Source: an uncultured Bacteroidota bacterium
GTDB lineage: Bacteria; Bacteroidota; Bacteroidia; UKL13-3
Length of the DNA stretch: 58,635 bases
Assembly: GCA_903898215.1 (NCBI GenBank)
Contig: CAIUEQ010000126.1
Location: forward strand, 1 to 58,635
Direction of reading: 5' to 3'
Of the stretch, positions 47,274 through 56,834 are shown in pieces. How positions within the stretch are numbered: the stretch's first letter is position 1; each line of letters starts with the position of its first letter. Made by a program: the position numbers and the translations under genes. The notes below the pieces were generated by a model. That model ran no database searches and was not told the origin of the DNA. It was given only the letters and a program-made list of their open reading frames with translations.

Positions 47274-48045
47274 TCACGTATCCATCACCGTTTTTGTGGT
47301 CCATAAAGATTTTACCTTTTTGTTTCTTCATGAAACTTGAAACTTCAGGATCAATATCTAAACTACATTTTACTATCGCATCTGAATGTGCTATTCCGGA
47401 TTTGTATAAAGCTGAACAAGAGGAGTCATCTAAAGATGAAACTTGTTTATTGTCCAAAGAATTAAGGCTTGCTTTTTTTGCAAAATCTTTTCCCAGAGTA
47501 GCTTCAAATTGATTTTCGAAAACAGAATAAACAACTTTCGCATTGCGAAACACAGGTTCGTCTTTGTACAATGTTTTTAAATAGAGAGGAACTAGACTCG
47601 TCATCCATCCATGACAATGGATAATATCGGGCTGCCATCCTAGTTTTTTAACGGTTTCGAGTGCACCTTTACAAAAGAAAATGGTTCTCTCATCGTTATC
47701 AGCATAAAATTCATTATTCTCATTTGAGTAAACAAATTTGCGATGGAAATAATCTTCATTATCCAAAAAATACACTTGCATTTTAGCCTCAGGCAATGAC
47801 GCAACCTTAATAGTAAGGGGATTGTCATTATCCTCAATTGTAATGTTAATACCCGATAGCCTAACAACCTCGTGAAGCCTGTTACGTCTTTCATTGATAC
47901 ATCCAAAACGGGGCATTAAAACCCTTATTTCATTATCCTTCTCCTGAATCGCTTGCGGTAATCGTCTTGCTAATTCGCCAACACTGCTAACTTGTAGATA
48001 AGGGGTCATTTCTGAAGAAATGAACAAAACTTTCTTTTTTGCCAT
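47227..48045 (-). CDS. Short glycogen/starch synthase-like protein (GT5 N-terminal domain only)
   Basis: Start at ATG 48045 (MAKKKVLFISSEMTPY...), with a HCHGWMTSLVP motif. The length of about 270 aa is typical of the short Bacteroidota form. Confidence 0.75.
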   Translation of the reverse strand: MAKKKVLFISSEMTPYLQVSSVGELARRLPQAIQEKDNEIRVLMPRFGCINERRNRLHEVVRLSGINITIEDNDNPLTIKVASLPEAKMQVYFLDNEDYFHRKFVYSNENNEFYADNDERTIFFCKGALETVKKLGWQPDIIHCHGWMTSLVPLYLKTLYKDEPVFRNAKVVYSVFENQFEATLGKDFAKKASLNSLDNKQVSSLDDSSCSALYKSGIAHSDAIVKCSLDIDPEVSSFMKKQKGKIFMDHKNGDGYVNDYIELYDSLLERQN

Positions 48046-48159
48046 AGAATTTGTGCTTAAAAAAGTATACAAAGTTAGTTAAAAAGCTAAAATTTTCATT
48101 AATATTCGCCCCAAATTAATAGCAGTATTTTATAATATATAGATAATCAGCACACTAAC

Positions 48160-49014
48160 TTGAAATTATTTAAAGAAATTAGTTCTTTAAGGAACTTTTT
48201 GAACGAAAAAAGATTGAATGGTATTACCAAAATTGGATTTGTGCCAACTATGGGAGCACTTCACGAGGGTCATATTTCCTTAATAAATGCTTCTAAGATT
48301 CAAAATCAACTTACCGTTTGCAGTATTTTTGTTAACCCAACTCAATTTAACAATACTGATGATCTTGCAAAATATCCTAAACCAATTGAGGATGATATTA
48401 ATCTTTTAATTGAAAATGGGTGTGATGTTCTTTTCTTTCCAGAAGTAAGTGAGATGTATTTGAATGATGAGGTTAAAAAAAGTGTGGATTATGGAAATAT
48501 CACCAACTATTTTGAGGGTAAATTTCGAAAAGGTCATTTCGATGGTGTAGTAATGATAGTCAAAAAGTTTTTTCAAATAATTGAACCGGATAATACTTAT
48601 TTTGGTCAAAAAGACTATCAGCAATGTATGGTCGTTGAAAAATTAATTCAAGAGAACAATTTAAATATTCAACTTCATGTTTGTCCAACTCTTAGAGAAA
48701 ATGACGGCTTGGCAAAAAGTTCAAGAAATGTAAGGTTAACAGCAGAAGAACGTGAAATTGCAACTATAATCCCCAATACACTATATTATATTAAAGATGC
48801 TTTGCAAAAAAAGCCATTAAAGGAAATACTTATAAATGCAAGGCAACAAATTACAGCAGGGTCAAATCTAATGAAGCTTGAATACCTTGAAATTATTGAC
48901 GCAAAAAGCCTCAATCCACTTTCAGAAATAAATGAAACAACTCATGCCGTTGCATTAATAGCAGCATGGTGTGGAAATATTCGTTTAATTGATAACTTAA
49001 TTTTAACCGAATAA
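48160..49014 (+). CDS. panC: Pantoate--beta-alanine ligase
   Basis: 284 aa with motifs PTMGALHEGH and FGQKDYQQ. Apparent TTG start. Confidence 0.9.
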   Translation: MKLFKEISSLRNFLNEKRLNGITKIGFVPTMGALHEGHISLINASKIQNQLTVCSIFVNPTQFNNTDDLAKYPKPIEDDINLLIENGCDVLFFPEVSEMYLNDEVKKSVDYGNITNYFEGKFRKGHFDGVVMIVKKFFQIIEPDNTYFGQKDYQQCMVVEKLIQENNLNIQLHVCPTLRENDGLAKSSRNVRLTAEEREIATIIPNTLYYIKDALQKKPLKEILINARQQITAGSNLMKLEYLEIIDAKSLNPLSEINETTHAVALIAAWCGNIRLIDNLILTE

Positions 49015-49041
49015 CAGAAATATTCTTTTACTTTGAATTGA

Positions 49042-50412
49042 ATGAGCACACAGGAGGAATTTCTTCAGGCAGCAGAAGCCATTGTTTTTGATCTCGATTA
49101 TCGCAAAAGGATAACCGATAATATCGCTAATTATGAAGCGGCTTTTGTAAAAGGTTTGGAGCAATATTCAAACCTAGAACTTGCCCGTGAGCGTGCAGCT
49201 TTTATCAAATGGAAAGTAACCGAAAACCTTGATAAATATTTAATAGAATTTGAAGCAAGTGTGATGCGCAGAGGCGGGAAAGTGATATGGGCGCATGACG
49301 TTGAAACAGCACAAAATGAAATTGAACAGATCATGAATCGTGTTCAAGCTAAAACCATTGTAAAAAGTAAATCAATGGTGTGCGAAGAAATAGAACTCAA
49401 TAAATTTTTACGCAAAAAAGGATTAAGTGTTTACGAAACGGATCTTGGTGAGTATATCGTTGATATGGCAGGCGAAGCGCCTTTTCACATTGTAACTCCA
49501 GCAATGCATAAAAACACCAAAGATATTGCTAAACTGCTAAATGAAAAGATCAGTTCTTCTCTCGATGCTGATGCAGCAGAATTGAGCAATGATGTGAGAA
49601 ATGAATTACGAGATAAATTTTTAAATGCAGATGTTGGAATTACCGGAGCCAACTTTTTAATTGCCGATAGCGGGATGGTTTCTATTACCGAAAACGAGGG
49701 CAACGCAAGACTTGCATTTACTTTTGCAAAAACTCATATTGTTATTGCAGGAATTGAAAAAGTAATTCCTACCGTAAACGATCTCGACTTGTTTTTTCCT
49801 ATGCTTGCATCCTATGGGACGGGCCAAAAAATAACAGCATATAATTCAATCGTTGGGCCACGCAATAATGACGATGATGATTATACAGGCAACTTTTTTG
49901 TTATACTTATTGATAACGGTCGTTCAAATTTATTGGCCCAGGCAGAACAACGACAAGCTCTAGGATGTATTAAATGCGGAGCATGTTTAAATGTTTGCCC
50001 TGTTTTTAAAAATATCGGAGGGCATACCTACGATACTGTTTATAATGGCCCTATCGGCTCGGTTACAAGTATTCATACCAATGGAATTAAGGAATTTAAG
50101 CATTTAAGTTTTGCATCGCCACTCTGCGGAAAATGCACAGATATTTGTCCTGTAAAAATTGATATCCATAATCATCTGGTAAGAAACAGAAGAGATATTA
50201 TTAATGCGGGAGATACAACTGGCGGAGAAAAACTTGTTTGGTTTACATGGAAGAAGATGATGCAAAATCGAAAAACAATGAATAAGGGAGTAAGTATAAA
50301 AAACTTTATGCTTAAACAATTCTTTAAAACTTCATGGGGTGAACGCAGAGAGTTTCCAAAAGTTGCGGAAAAATCATTTAATCAATTGTGGCGTGAAAGA
50401 TTTGGCCAATAA
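49042..50412 (+). CDS. LutB/LldF-family iron-sulfur protein
   Basis: 456 aa with a DUF162-like N-terminal region and two ferredoxin-type Cys clusters (CIKCGACLNVCP, CGKCTDICP). Confidence 0.8.
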   Translation: MSTQEEFLQAAEAIVFDLDYRKRITDNIANYEAAFVKGLEQYSNLELARERAAFIKWKVTENLDKYLIEFEASVMRRGGKVIWAHDVETAQNEIEQIMNRVQAKTIVKSKSMVCEEIELNKFLRKKGLSVYETDLGEYIVDMAGEAPFHIVTPAMHKNTKDIAKLLNEKISSSLDADAAELSNDVRNELRDKFLNADVGITGANFLIADSGMVSITENEGNARLAFTFAKTHIVIAGIEKVIPTVNDLDLFFPMLASYGTGQKITAYNSIVGPRNNDDDDYTGNFFVILIDNGRSNLLAQAEQRQALGCIKCGACLNVCPVFKNIGGHTYDTVYNGPIGSVTSIHTNGIKEFKHLSFASPLCGKCTDICPVKIDIHNHLVRNRRDIINAGDTTGGEKLVWFTWKKMMQNRKTMNKGVSIKNFMLKQFFKTSWGERREFPKVAEKSFNQLWRERFGQ

Positions 50413-50433
50413 TACAATTGCTTAATTATTCAA

Positions 50434-52374
50434 TTAATAAACTCTTCGTAATAAAAACTCTTTTTTAGGAGCAATTACCAAAGGAACTTTTTCAACGATT
50501 ACAGAACTGGTATCTAAACCAAATGCTTTAACTTCAGTGAGGGCAAACTTATCTAAAGTAAAATATAAATCCATGATGATTCGCTCATATGCCGACAGTT
50601 CATTTTCGTATGAAAGATGACGTTGCAAAACAACAAATCTAAAATCACCGGTAATATTCTGTTTACTCAATGAGGTGTATCTTGATGTAACGTCTACTTC
50701 ATGATTTTTCATCAAGTCTTCAATTACTTTTCTGAAATAGAAATTTATTTTTTGTTCAACTCTGAAACCTAATTTAAACTCAACTTTTATTACGTCTTGC
50801 GGAACAACAAAATCAACTTTATATTCCATGGTATATGGTTTATCATCCACATGAATATGTACAAACCAATAAATATCGGCACGTTTAGGTTGCTTCTGCA
50901 AAATTGAATACATGATTTTTGATTCCACATCCATCAAATGATCAGCACTTGTTAAATATACTAAGTGGGTGGCAAATTTTGGAACAGAAGTATCGTGACT
51001 TAGCTCCTGTAATGTTGGAAGATAATCTCTAAGGTTTACAAATTCTGTCAATCGGTTTTTAATTTTCCTTCCTTTAAACCAGATCCACATTACACCGATA
51101 AACCCTAAACTGATAAGCAAGGTAACCCAACCACCATGAGAAAATTTCTGAAGATTGGCAACCAAAAACGCCATTTCGATGGATAGGTAAACCAAAAGTA
51201 TAATGCCCACAAACCAGCGTGGAGCTTTTATTTTGCGAAGATAATTTGATAATAAAAAAGTTGTCATCAACATAGCGATGGTAATTGCTAAACCATAAGC
51301 CGCACCCATGTTTGCTGATTCTTTAAAATATAAAACCACACCTATACATCCTAACCATAAGATCCAATTGGCACTTGGCACATATAATTGTCCTTTGGTT
51401 TCTGTTGGATATTTAACGGTAACTTTTGGCCACACATTTAATCGCAACGCTTCCGAAATTAAAGTAAACGAACCACTGATGAGTGCCTGACTGGCAATAA
51501 TTGCAGCGGCAGTAGCAATGATAATTCCCGGCAAAAGAAACCAAGAAGGCATAATTGAAAAAAATGGATTGAGGTCGTGAAAAGATTTTCCTTCAAACTG
51601 AAGTAGCCATGCTCCTTGACCTAAATAATTTAAAACCAAAGCGATTTTCACAAATATCCAACTCACGCGAATATTTTTCCGTCCGCAATGACCCAAGTCT
51701 GAATACAATGCTTCAGCTCCTGTAGTACATAGAAATACAGCACCTAATAACCAAAAACCTTCAGGATAATTTACCAATAAATTATACGCATAGTATGGGT
51801 TTAGCGAGGCAAGAATTTTTGGATCGTGAGTCATCGACATCAACCCCAATATAGCAAGCATCGAAAACCAAATCAACATCATTGGGCCAAAAGCCTTTCC
51901 AACAATGGTTGTTCCAACACGTTGAATAAAAAACAGCAGGGTGATAATTACTAAAACAATAGGTAATGTTGGGATATTAGCTTCTATCATTCTTAGTCCT
52001 TCAACTGCGGATGCAACAGAAATTGGTGGAGTAATAATTCCATCGGCAAGCAATGCGCAACCACCAACAATAGCCGGGAAAATAAGATAAGGTTTTCGTC
52101 TGCGGATTAAAGCGTAAAGAGAAAAAATTCCACCCTCACCATTATTATCAGCACGAAGAGTAATGATTACATATTTTAAAGTTGTTTGTAAGGTGAGCGT
52201 CCAAAAAATACAGGAAAGGGCTCCATATATCAATTCTTTGGAAATCACCCTATCGGTAATAATCTCTTTAACCACATAAAGCGGAGAGGTACCAATGTCT
52301 CCGTATATAATGCCAAGCGTAACCAGTAATCCGGCTGCACTCAACTTATGCATCTTACTATGACTCTCGCTCAC
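50434..52374 (-). CDS. kup: KUP/HAK/KT potassium transporter
   Basis: 646 aa with the signature GDIGTSPLYV, 12 TM helices and a cytoplasmic C-terminal domain. The start is either the GTG at 52374 or the ATG at 52353. Confidence 0.9.
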   Translation of the reverse strand: MSESHSKMHKLSAAGLLVTLGIIYGDIGTSPLYVVKEIITDRVISKELIYGALSCIFWTLTLQTTLKYVIITLRADNNGEGGIFSLYALIRRRKPYLIFPAIVGGCALLADGIITPPISVASAVEGLRMIEANIPTLPIVLVIITLLFFIQRVGTTIVGKAFGPMMLIWFSMLAILGLMSMTHDPKILASLNPYYAYNLLVNYPEGFWLLGAVFLCTTGAEALYSDLGHCGRKNIRVSWIFVKIALVLNYLGQGAWLLQFEGKSFHDLNPFFSIMPSWFLLPGIIIATAAAIIASQALISGSFTLISEALRLNVWPKVTVKYPTETKGQLYVPSANWILWLGCIGVVLYFKESANMGAAYGLAITIAMLMTTFLLSNYLRKIKAPRWFVGIILLVYLSIEMAFLVANLQKFSHGGWVTLLISLGFIGVMWIWFKGRKIKNRLTEFVNLRDYLPTLQELSHDTSVPKFATHLVYLTSADHLMDVESKIMYSILQKQPKRADIYWFVHIHVDDKPYTMEYKVDFVVPQDVIKVEFKLGFRVEQKINFYFRKVIEDLMKNHEVDVTSRYTSLSKQNITGDFRFVVLQRHLSYENELSAYERIIMDLYFTLDKFALTEVKAFGLDTSSVIVEKVPLVIAPKKEFLLRRVY

Positions 52375-52429
52375 AAAATAAAATTATTACGCAAATGTAT
52401 AAAGAAAATGACACCCACAATTTTTTTAA

Positions 52430-54619
52430 TTAAAAGGCTATTTCAGAAATAAAATGTAAACGCATCAGTTGAAGTTCATCTTTAGAAAAATCTTCGCCAT
52501 ATTCTTTTAAAATCTCATCAATTGAGTCAACCTGTGTGCCTTTAAAATAATCCATCATTTCATCCTGTTGATCCTCGTCCATCATATCGTTTACATATGT
52601 TTTCAGATTTAGTTTTGTGCCGGAAAAAATAATATTTTCAATTTCCTTAAGCAACTCTTCTCTATTAATTCCAATTGAACGGGCGATATCATCAAGTCCC
52701 ATTTTTTTATCAACGTTGGTAATGATTGTTATTTTTTTGGCGGATTTGTTAACGACAGATTTTACAACAAAATCTTCGGGTCTTTCAATTCCATTTTCGT
52801 CAACATATTTTTTGATGAGTTCAATAAACTGTTTACCATATTTAATGGCTTTTCCTTTATTTACACCAATGATTTTACTTAATTCATCAATATTAATTGG
52901 GTATTTGAAAGCCATTTCCTCTAAAGAAGGATCTGTAAAAATGATATAAGGCGGGAGGTTTAATTGCTTGCTTACTTTTTTGGTAAGATCTTTAAGCATA
53001 TCAAATAATACCTCGTCAAAAATATTTTCTACTTCTACTCCTGCATCATCGTCATCCGGATAGCGTTCAAATTTTTGATCAACAGCTATTTCAAATTTGA
53101 TTGGTTTTTTCAAGAACGCTTCACCTTTTTCACTTAAGTTTAGAAGCCCGTAATTTTCAATATTTTTCGTGATATATCCGTTTAAAAGTAATACCCTTAA
53201 AACTGATTTCCAATAGATATCATCACGATCTTTTCCTTTTCCAAACACATCAAGTTTTTCGTGACCGCTAAGTGTAACATCATGTGATTTTTTTCCGATA
53301 ATTACTTCAACGGCATGTTTTAAATTATTTTTTCCATTAAAGTTTTTAACTGCAGTGAGACATAATACTGCAGCATCTTTTGCATCTTCTTTTTGTTTTG
53401 GATGACGACAATTATCACACATTTTATGACAATCATGATCATCAAACTCTTCACCGAAATACAACAATAAAAATTTTCTGCGACAAGCCGAAGTTTCAGC
53501 AAATGCTTGTGTTTCGAATATAAGCAGTTCTCCAATCTCACGTTCGGCAACGGGCTTATCTTTCATAAACTTCTCCAGCTTTTCAATATCAGCAGGATTA
53601 TAAAATAATAAACAATCGCCATCTAATCCATCTCGTCCACCACGACCTGTTTCCTGATAATATCCTTCGATACTTTTTGGAACATCATAATGAATTACAA
53701 AACGCACATCCGGTTTGTCGATTCCCATTCCGAAAGCAATGGTAGCAACAATTACTTCAGCATCTTCCATCAAAAAAGCATCCTGATTTGCAGCACGAGT
53801 TTTTGCGTCAAGACCTGCATGGTATGGTAAAGCTTTGATGCCATTAGCAACAAGAACTTCAGCAAGCTCTTCGACTTTTTTCCGGCTTAAGCAATAGATA
53901 ATTCCGGATTTATGTTTTTTAACTTTAATGAATTGAACGATCTCTTTTAGTGTATCCGCTTTTTTCAATTTCGGACGAATTTCATAATACAGATTCGATC
54001 GGTTAAACGAAGATTTGAAAACTATTGCATCGTTCATTTGCAAATTTTTCTGAATATCGCTTTGTACTTTTGGTGTAGCAGTAGCAGTAAGCGCCATCAT
54101 CGGCACATCCTTAATTTCTTTGATCATCTGCTTGATTCTGCGATATTCTGGACGAAAATCATGACCCCATTCGGAAATGCAATGAGCCTCATCAACAGCA
54201 ACAAAAGAAATGTTTATACTTTTAAGAAATTCGATAGTTTCTTCTTTTTTTAATGTTTCTGGAGCGATATACAGCATTTTTGTATTGCCCAATGAAACAT
54301 CTTTTTTAACAATTGTGATATCGGTTTTTGAAAGTGAAGAATTGATAAAGTGAGCAACATGATTGCTGCTAAATGCACGAATCTGATCAACTTGGTTTTT
54401 CATTAATGCAATAAGCGGAGAGATAATTATTGCAGTGCCTGGCATCATCAATGCAGGAAGCTGGTAACATAATGACTTTCCTCCACCGGTTGGCATGATC
54501 ACAAACGTATCATTACCGGCTAATAAATTTTGAATGATTTTTTCTTGTTCTCCTTTGAAACTGTCAAATCCGAAAAACTCCTGCAAACAATCTTTTACAC
54601 TTTTATTGGCAACATCCAT
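52430..54619 (-). CDS. recQ: ATP-dependent DNA helicase RecQ
   Basis: 729 aa with motifs PTGGGKSLCYQ, DEAHCISEWGHDFRPEY and the zinc-binding Cys cluster, plus C-terminal RQC/HRDC-like regions. Confidence 0.95.
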   Translation of the reverse strand: MDVANKSVKDCLQEFFGFDSFKGEQEKIIQNLLAGNDTFVIMPTGGGKSLCYQLPALMMPGTAIIISPLIALMKNQVDQIRAFSSNHVAHFINSSLSKTDITIVKKDVSLGNTKMLYIAPETLKKEETIEFLKSINISFVAVDEAHCISEWGHDFRPEYRRIKQMIKEIKDVPMMALTATATPKVQSDIQKNLQMNDAIVFKSSFNRSNLYYEIRPKLKKADTLKEIVQFIKVKKHKSGIIYCLSRKKVEELAEVLVANGIKALPYHAGLDAKTRAANQDAFLMEDAEVIVATIAFGMGIDKPDVRFVIHYDVPKSIEGYYQETGRGGRDGLDGDCLLFYNPADIEKLEKFMKDKPVAEREIGELLIFETQAFAETSACRRKFLLLYFGEEFDDHDCHKMCDNCRHPKQKEDAKDAAVLCLTAVKNFNGKNNLKHAVEVIIGKKSHDVTLSGHEKLDVFGKGKDRDDIYWKSVLRVLLLNGYITKNIENYGLLNLSEKGEAFLKKPIKFEIAVDQKFERYPDDDDAGVEVENIFDEVLFDMLKDLTKKVSKQLNLPPYIIFTDPSLEEMAFKYPINIDELSKIIGVNKGKAIKYGKQFIELIKKYVDENGIERPEDFVVKSVVNKSAKKITIITNVDKKMGLDDIARSIGINREELLKEIENIIFSGTKLNLKTYVNDMMDEDQQDEMMDYFKGTQVDSIDEILKEYGEDFSKDELQLMRLHFISEIAF

Positions 54620-54815
54620 AATATGAATAATAATAAAGCTACATTTTGAGCAGATAGCTTTTGGGTTTTTAATTTTTTATAAAGGGGCACGAAGTTAATC
54701 AAAAATCGTTTTTTGAAAAATTGATTTTTAAAAACTTTATTTGTGCATGAAAAGATACATGTAAAAGGTATAAAACCAAGAAAATTAATTTTAAGTGTTG
54801 TTGTAGATAATAGGA

Positions 54816-55916
54816 ATGGAAAAAAACAAAAATTATTACGCCATAATTATGGCTGGAGGAATAGGAACAAGATTTTGGCCTTATAGTCGCAGTTCTCACC
54901 CCAAACAATTTATTGATATCTTGGGTGTCGGAAAAAGTTTATTACAACTTACTTATGAAAGGTTTCTTAAAAACTTTGAAAAAGATAATATATTTATCGT
55001 GGCCAATCAAACCTATACAGGGCTTATCAATGAACAGATCCCGGGAATAAATAAAGATTGTATTTTAGAAGAACCTTTGGCAAAAAATACTGCAGCCTGT
55101 ATTGCTTATGCTTGTACTAAAATTCATAAATCAAATACACATGCAATTTGTGTTGTTGCTCCTTCGGATCATCTAATTTTGGATGAAGAAAAATTTATTG
55201 AAAATGTGATGCAAGCTATTCAGTTTGCAAAGAAAAATGAAGTATTGGTAACTCTTGGAATCAGGCCAACACGCCCCGATACAGGATACGGATACATTCA
55301 ATTCATTGAAGAAAAAAACGATACAGAAAATATCTTTAAAGTTAAAACTTTTACAGAGAAACCCTCAGCTGAGCTTGCCACTACTTTTGTTGAAAGTGGA
55401 GATTTTTTATGGAATGCAGGTATCTTTATATGGAGTTCATCGGCAATAAAAAATGCTTTTAAACAACATGTTCCCGAAATGTATGCTCTTTTTAAAGAGG
55501 CTTCCAAAAGTTATTTTACATCAAACGAACAAAAAACAATTTTACATATTTATGAACAGTGTCGATCGGTATCTATTGATTATGCTGTAATGGAAAAAGC
55601 CTCCAATGCATTTGTTATTCCTGCCGATTTCGTTTGGTCCGACTTAGGAACATGGAATTCACTTTATGAGAATTCACCAAAAGATGAGCATAACAATGTC
55701 ATTCAAGGCAAACAAATTATGGTGTATAATTCCAAAAATTCAATCATAGCTTCCAATATAAAAAATGGAAATAAGCTCATCGTAGTGAAAGGAATCGAAA
55801 ATTTAATAATAGTTGATACACCTGATGTACTAATGGTTTGCGACAAATCAAGGGAGCAGGAAGTGAAACAAATGGTCACCGATATCAACATTAAATTTGA
55901 CGAAAAATATACATGA
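54816..55916 (+). CDS. Mannose-1-phosphate guanylyltransferase
   Basis: 366 aa with an N-terminal nucleotidyltransferase motif (IIMAGGIGTRFWPYSR) and VSIDYAVMEK. No cupin isomerase domain. Confidence 0.8.
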   Translation: MEKNKNYYAIIMAGGIGTRFWPYSRSSHPKQFIDILGVGKSLLQLTYERFLKNFEKDNIFIVANQTYTGLINEQIPGINKDCILEEPLAKNTAACIAYACTKIHKSNTHAICVVAPSDHLILDEEKFIENVMQAIQFAKKNEVLVTLGIRPTRPDTGYGYIQFIEEKNDTENIFKVKTFTEKPSAELATTFVESGDFLWNAGIFIWSSSAIKNAFKQHVPEMYALFKEASKSYFTSNEQKTILHIYEQCRSVSIDYAVMEKASNAFVIPADFVWSDLGTWNSLYENSPKDEHNNVIQGKQIMVYNSKNSIIASNIKNGNKLIVVKGIENLIIVDTPDVLMVCDKSREQEVKQMVTDINIKFDEKYT

Positions 55917-56818
55917 GCATCACCCCTCAATATTTAAAGCAAGGAGATAAAATTGCCATCGCTGCAACAGCACGAAAAGTTTCGCTTGAAGAAATGCAAC
56001 CTGCAATTGATATTTTTACTTCATGGGGTTTGAATGTTGTTTTATCGAATGAATTATTTGATGCCGAAAATCAGTTTGCCGGAAATGATGAAATACGCAC
56101 AAAAAGTTTTCAGAATTTTTTAGATGACAAAAAAATTAAAGCAATATTTTGTGCCCGTGGCGGATATGGAACTGTAAGAATAATTGATCAACTTAATTTT
56201 TCTTCCTTCCTAATAAATCCTAAGTGGGTGGTAGGTTACAGTGATATTACCGTTTTGCATTCTCATATCAATAAAAATTTAAATAGTCAAACTCTTCATG
56301 CAACGATGCCGATAAATATGCAACTTCATAATGCTGATGAAGAAAGCATTTTGTCATTGAAGAAAATGTTGTTTGGAGAAATTGTTTCGTATCAAATTCC
56401 TTCTCATCATTTAAATATAACAGGAGAATCGAAAGCGCAAATTGTAGGAGGAAATCTATCCGTTTTGTATAGTTTGTTAGGGTCGAATTCAGACATCGAC
56501 ACCAAAGGAAAAATTTTATTTTTAGAAGACCTGGATGAATATCTTTATCATATTGATAGGATGATGATGAATATGAAACGCAATGGAAAACTATCTCATC
56601 TTGCAGCAATAATTATTGGAGGAATGAGCGATATGAAAGACAATACCATACCATTTGGAAAAACTGCCGAAGAGATTATTTACGGACATGTTAAGGATTT
56701 TAACTATCCTGTTTGTTTTGGATTTCCGGCAGGTCACGAGAAAAAAAATGTTGCACTAAAATTTGGTGCCGAGGTTTTTCTTAAAGTAGAAAACGAATTT
56801 TCAGAAATAGCATTTTAA
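55913..56818 (+). CDS. LD-carboxypeptidase (peptidase S66)
   Basis: 301 aa with the nucleophile motif VGYSDITVLH and a C-terminal GFPAGHE. Its start overlaps the upstream stop by 4 nt. Confidence 0.8.
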   Translation: MSITPQYLKQGDKIAIAATARKVSLEEMQPAIDIFTSWGLNVVLSNELFDAENQFAGNDEIRTKSFQNFLDDKKIKAIFCARGGYGTVRIIDQLNFSSFLINPKWVVGYSDITVLHSHINKNLNSQTLHATMPINMQLHNADEESILSLKKMLFGEIVSYQIPSHHLNITGESKAQIVGGNLSVLYSLLGSNSDIDTKGKILFLEDLDEYLYHIDRMMMNMKRNGKLSHLAAIIIGGMSDMKDNTIPFGKTAEEIIYGHVKDFNYPVCFGFPAGHEKKNVALKFGAEVFLKVENEFSEIAF

Positions 56819-56834
56819 TAAAAAAAATATTACC

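Noticed and set aside
47227-48072. Glycogen synthase only about 270 aa long: truncated pseudogene?
   Set aside because: As far as I recall, a short GT5 N-terminal-domain-only form followed by DUF4270 is the standard arrangement in Bacteroidota. The ORF is intact and I saw no C-terminal-domain remnant downstream.
52375-52429. Possible c-di-AMP (ydaO-type) riboswitch upstream of kup
   Set aside because: The spacer is only 55 nt, far shorter than that riboswitch, and no conserved structure is apparent.
54620-54815. Dyad-like A/T-rich sequence (AATCAAAAATCGTTTTTTGAAAAATTGATT) in the recQ/manC divergent region as an operator
   Set aside because: On writing out the reverse complement, only the terminal hexamers (AATCAA/TTGATT) and an all-A/T 7-mer are symmetric. 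That is weak and expected in AT-rich promoter DNA.
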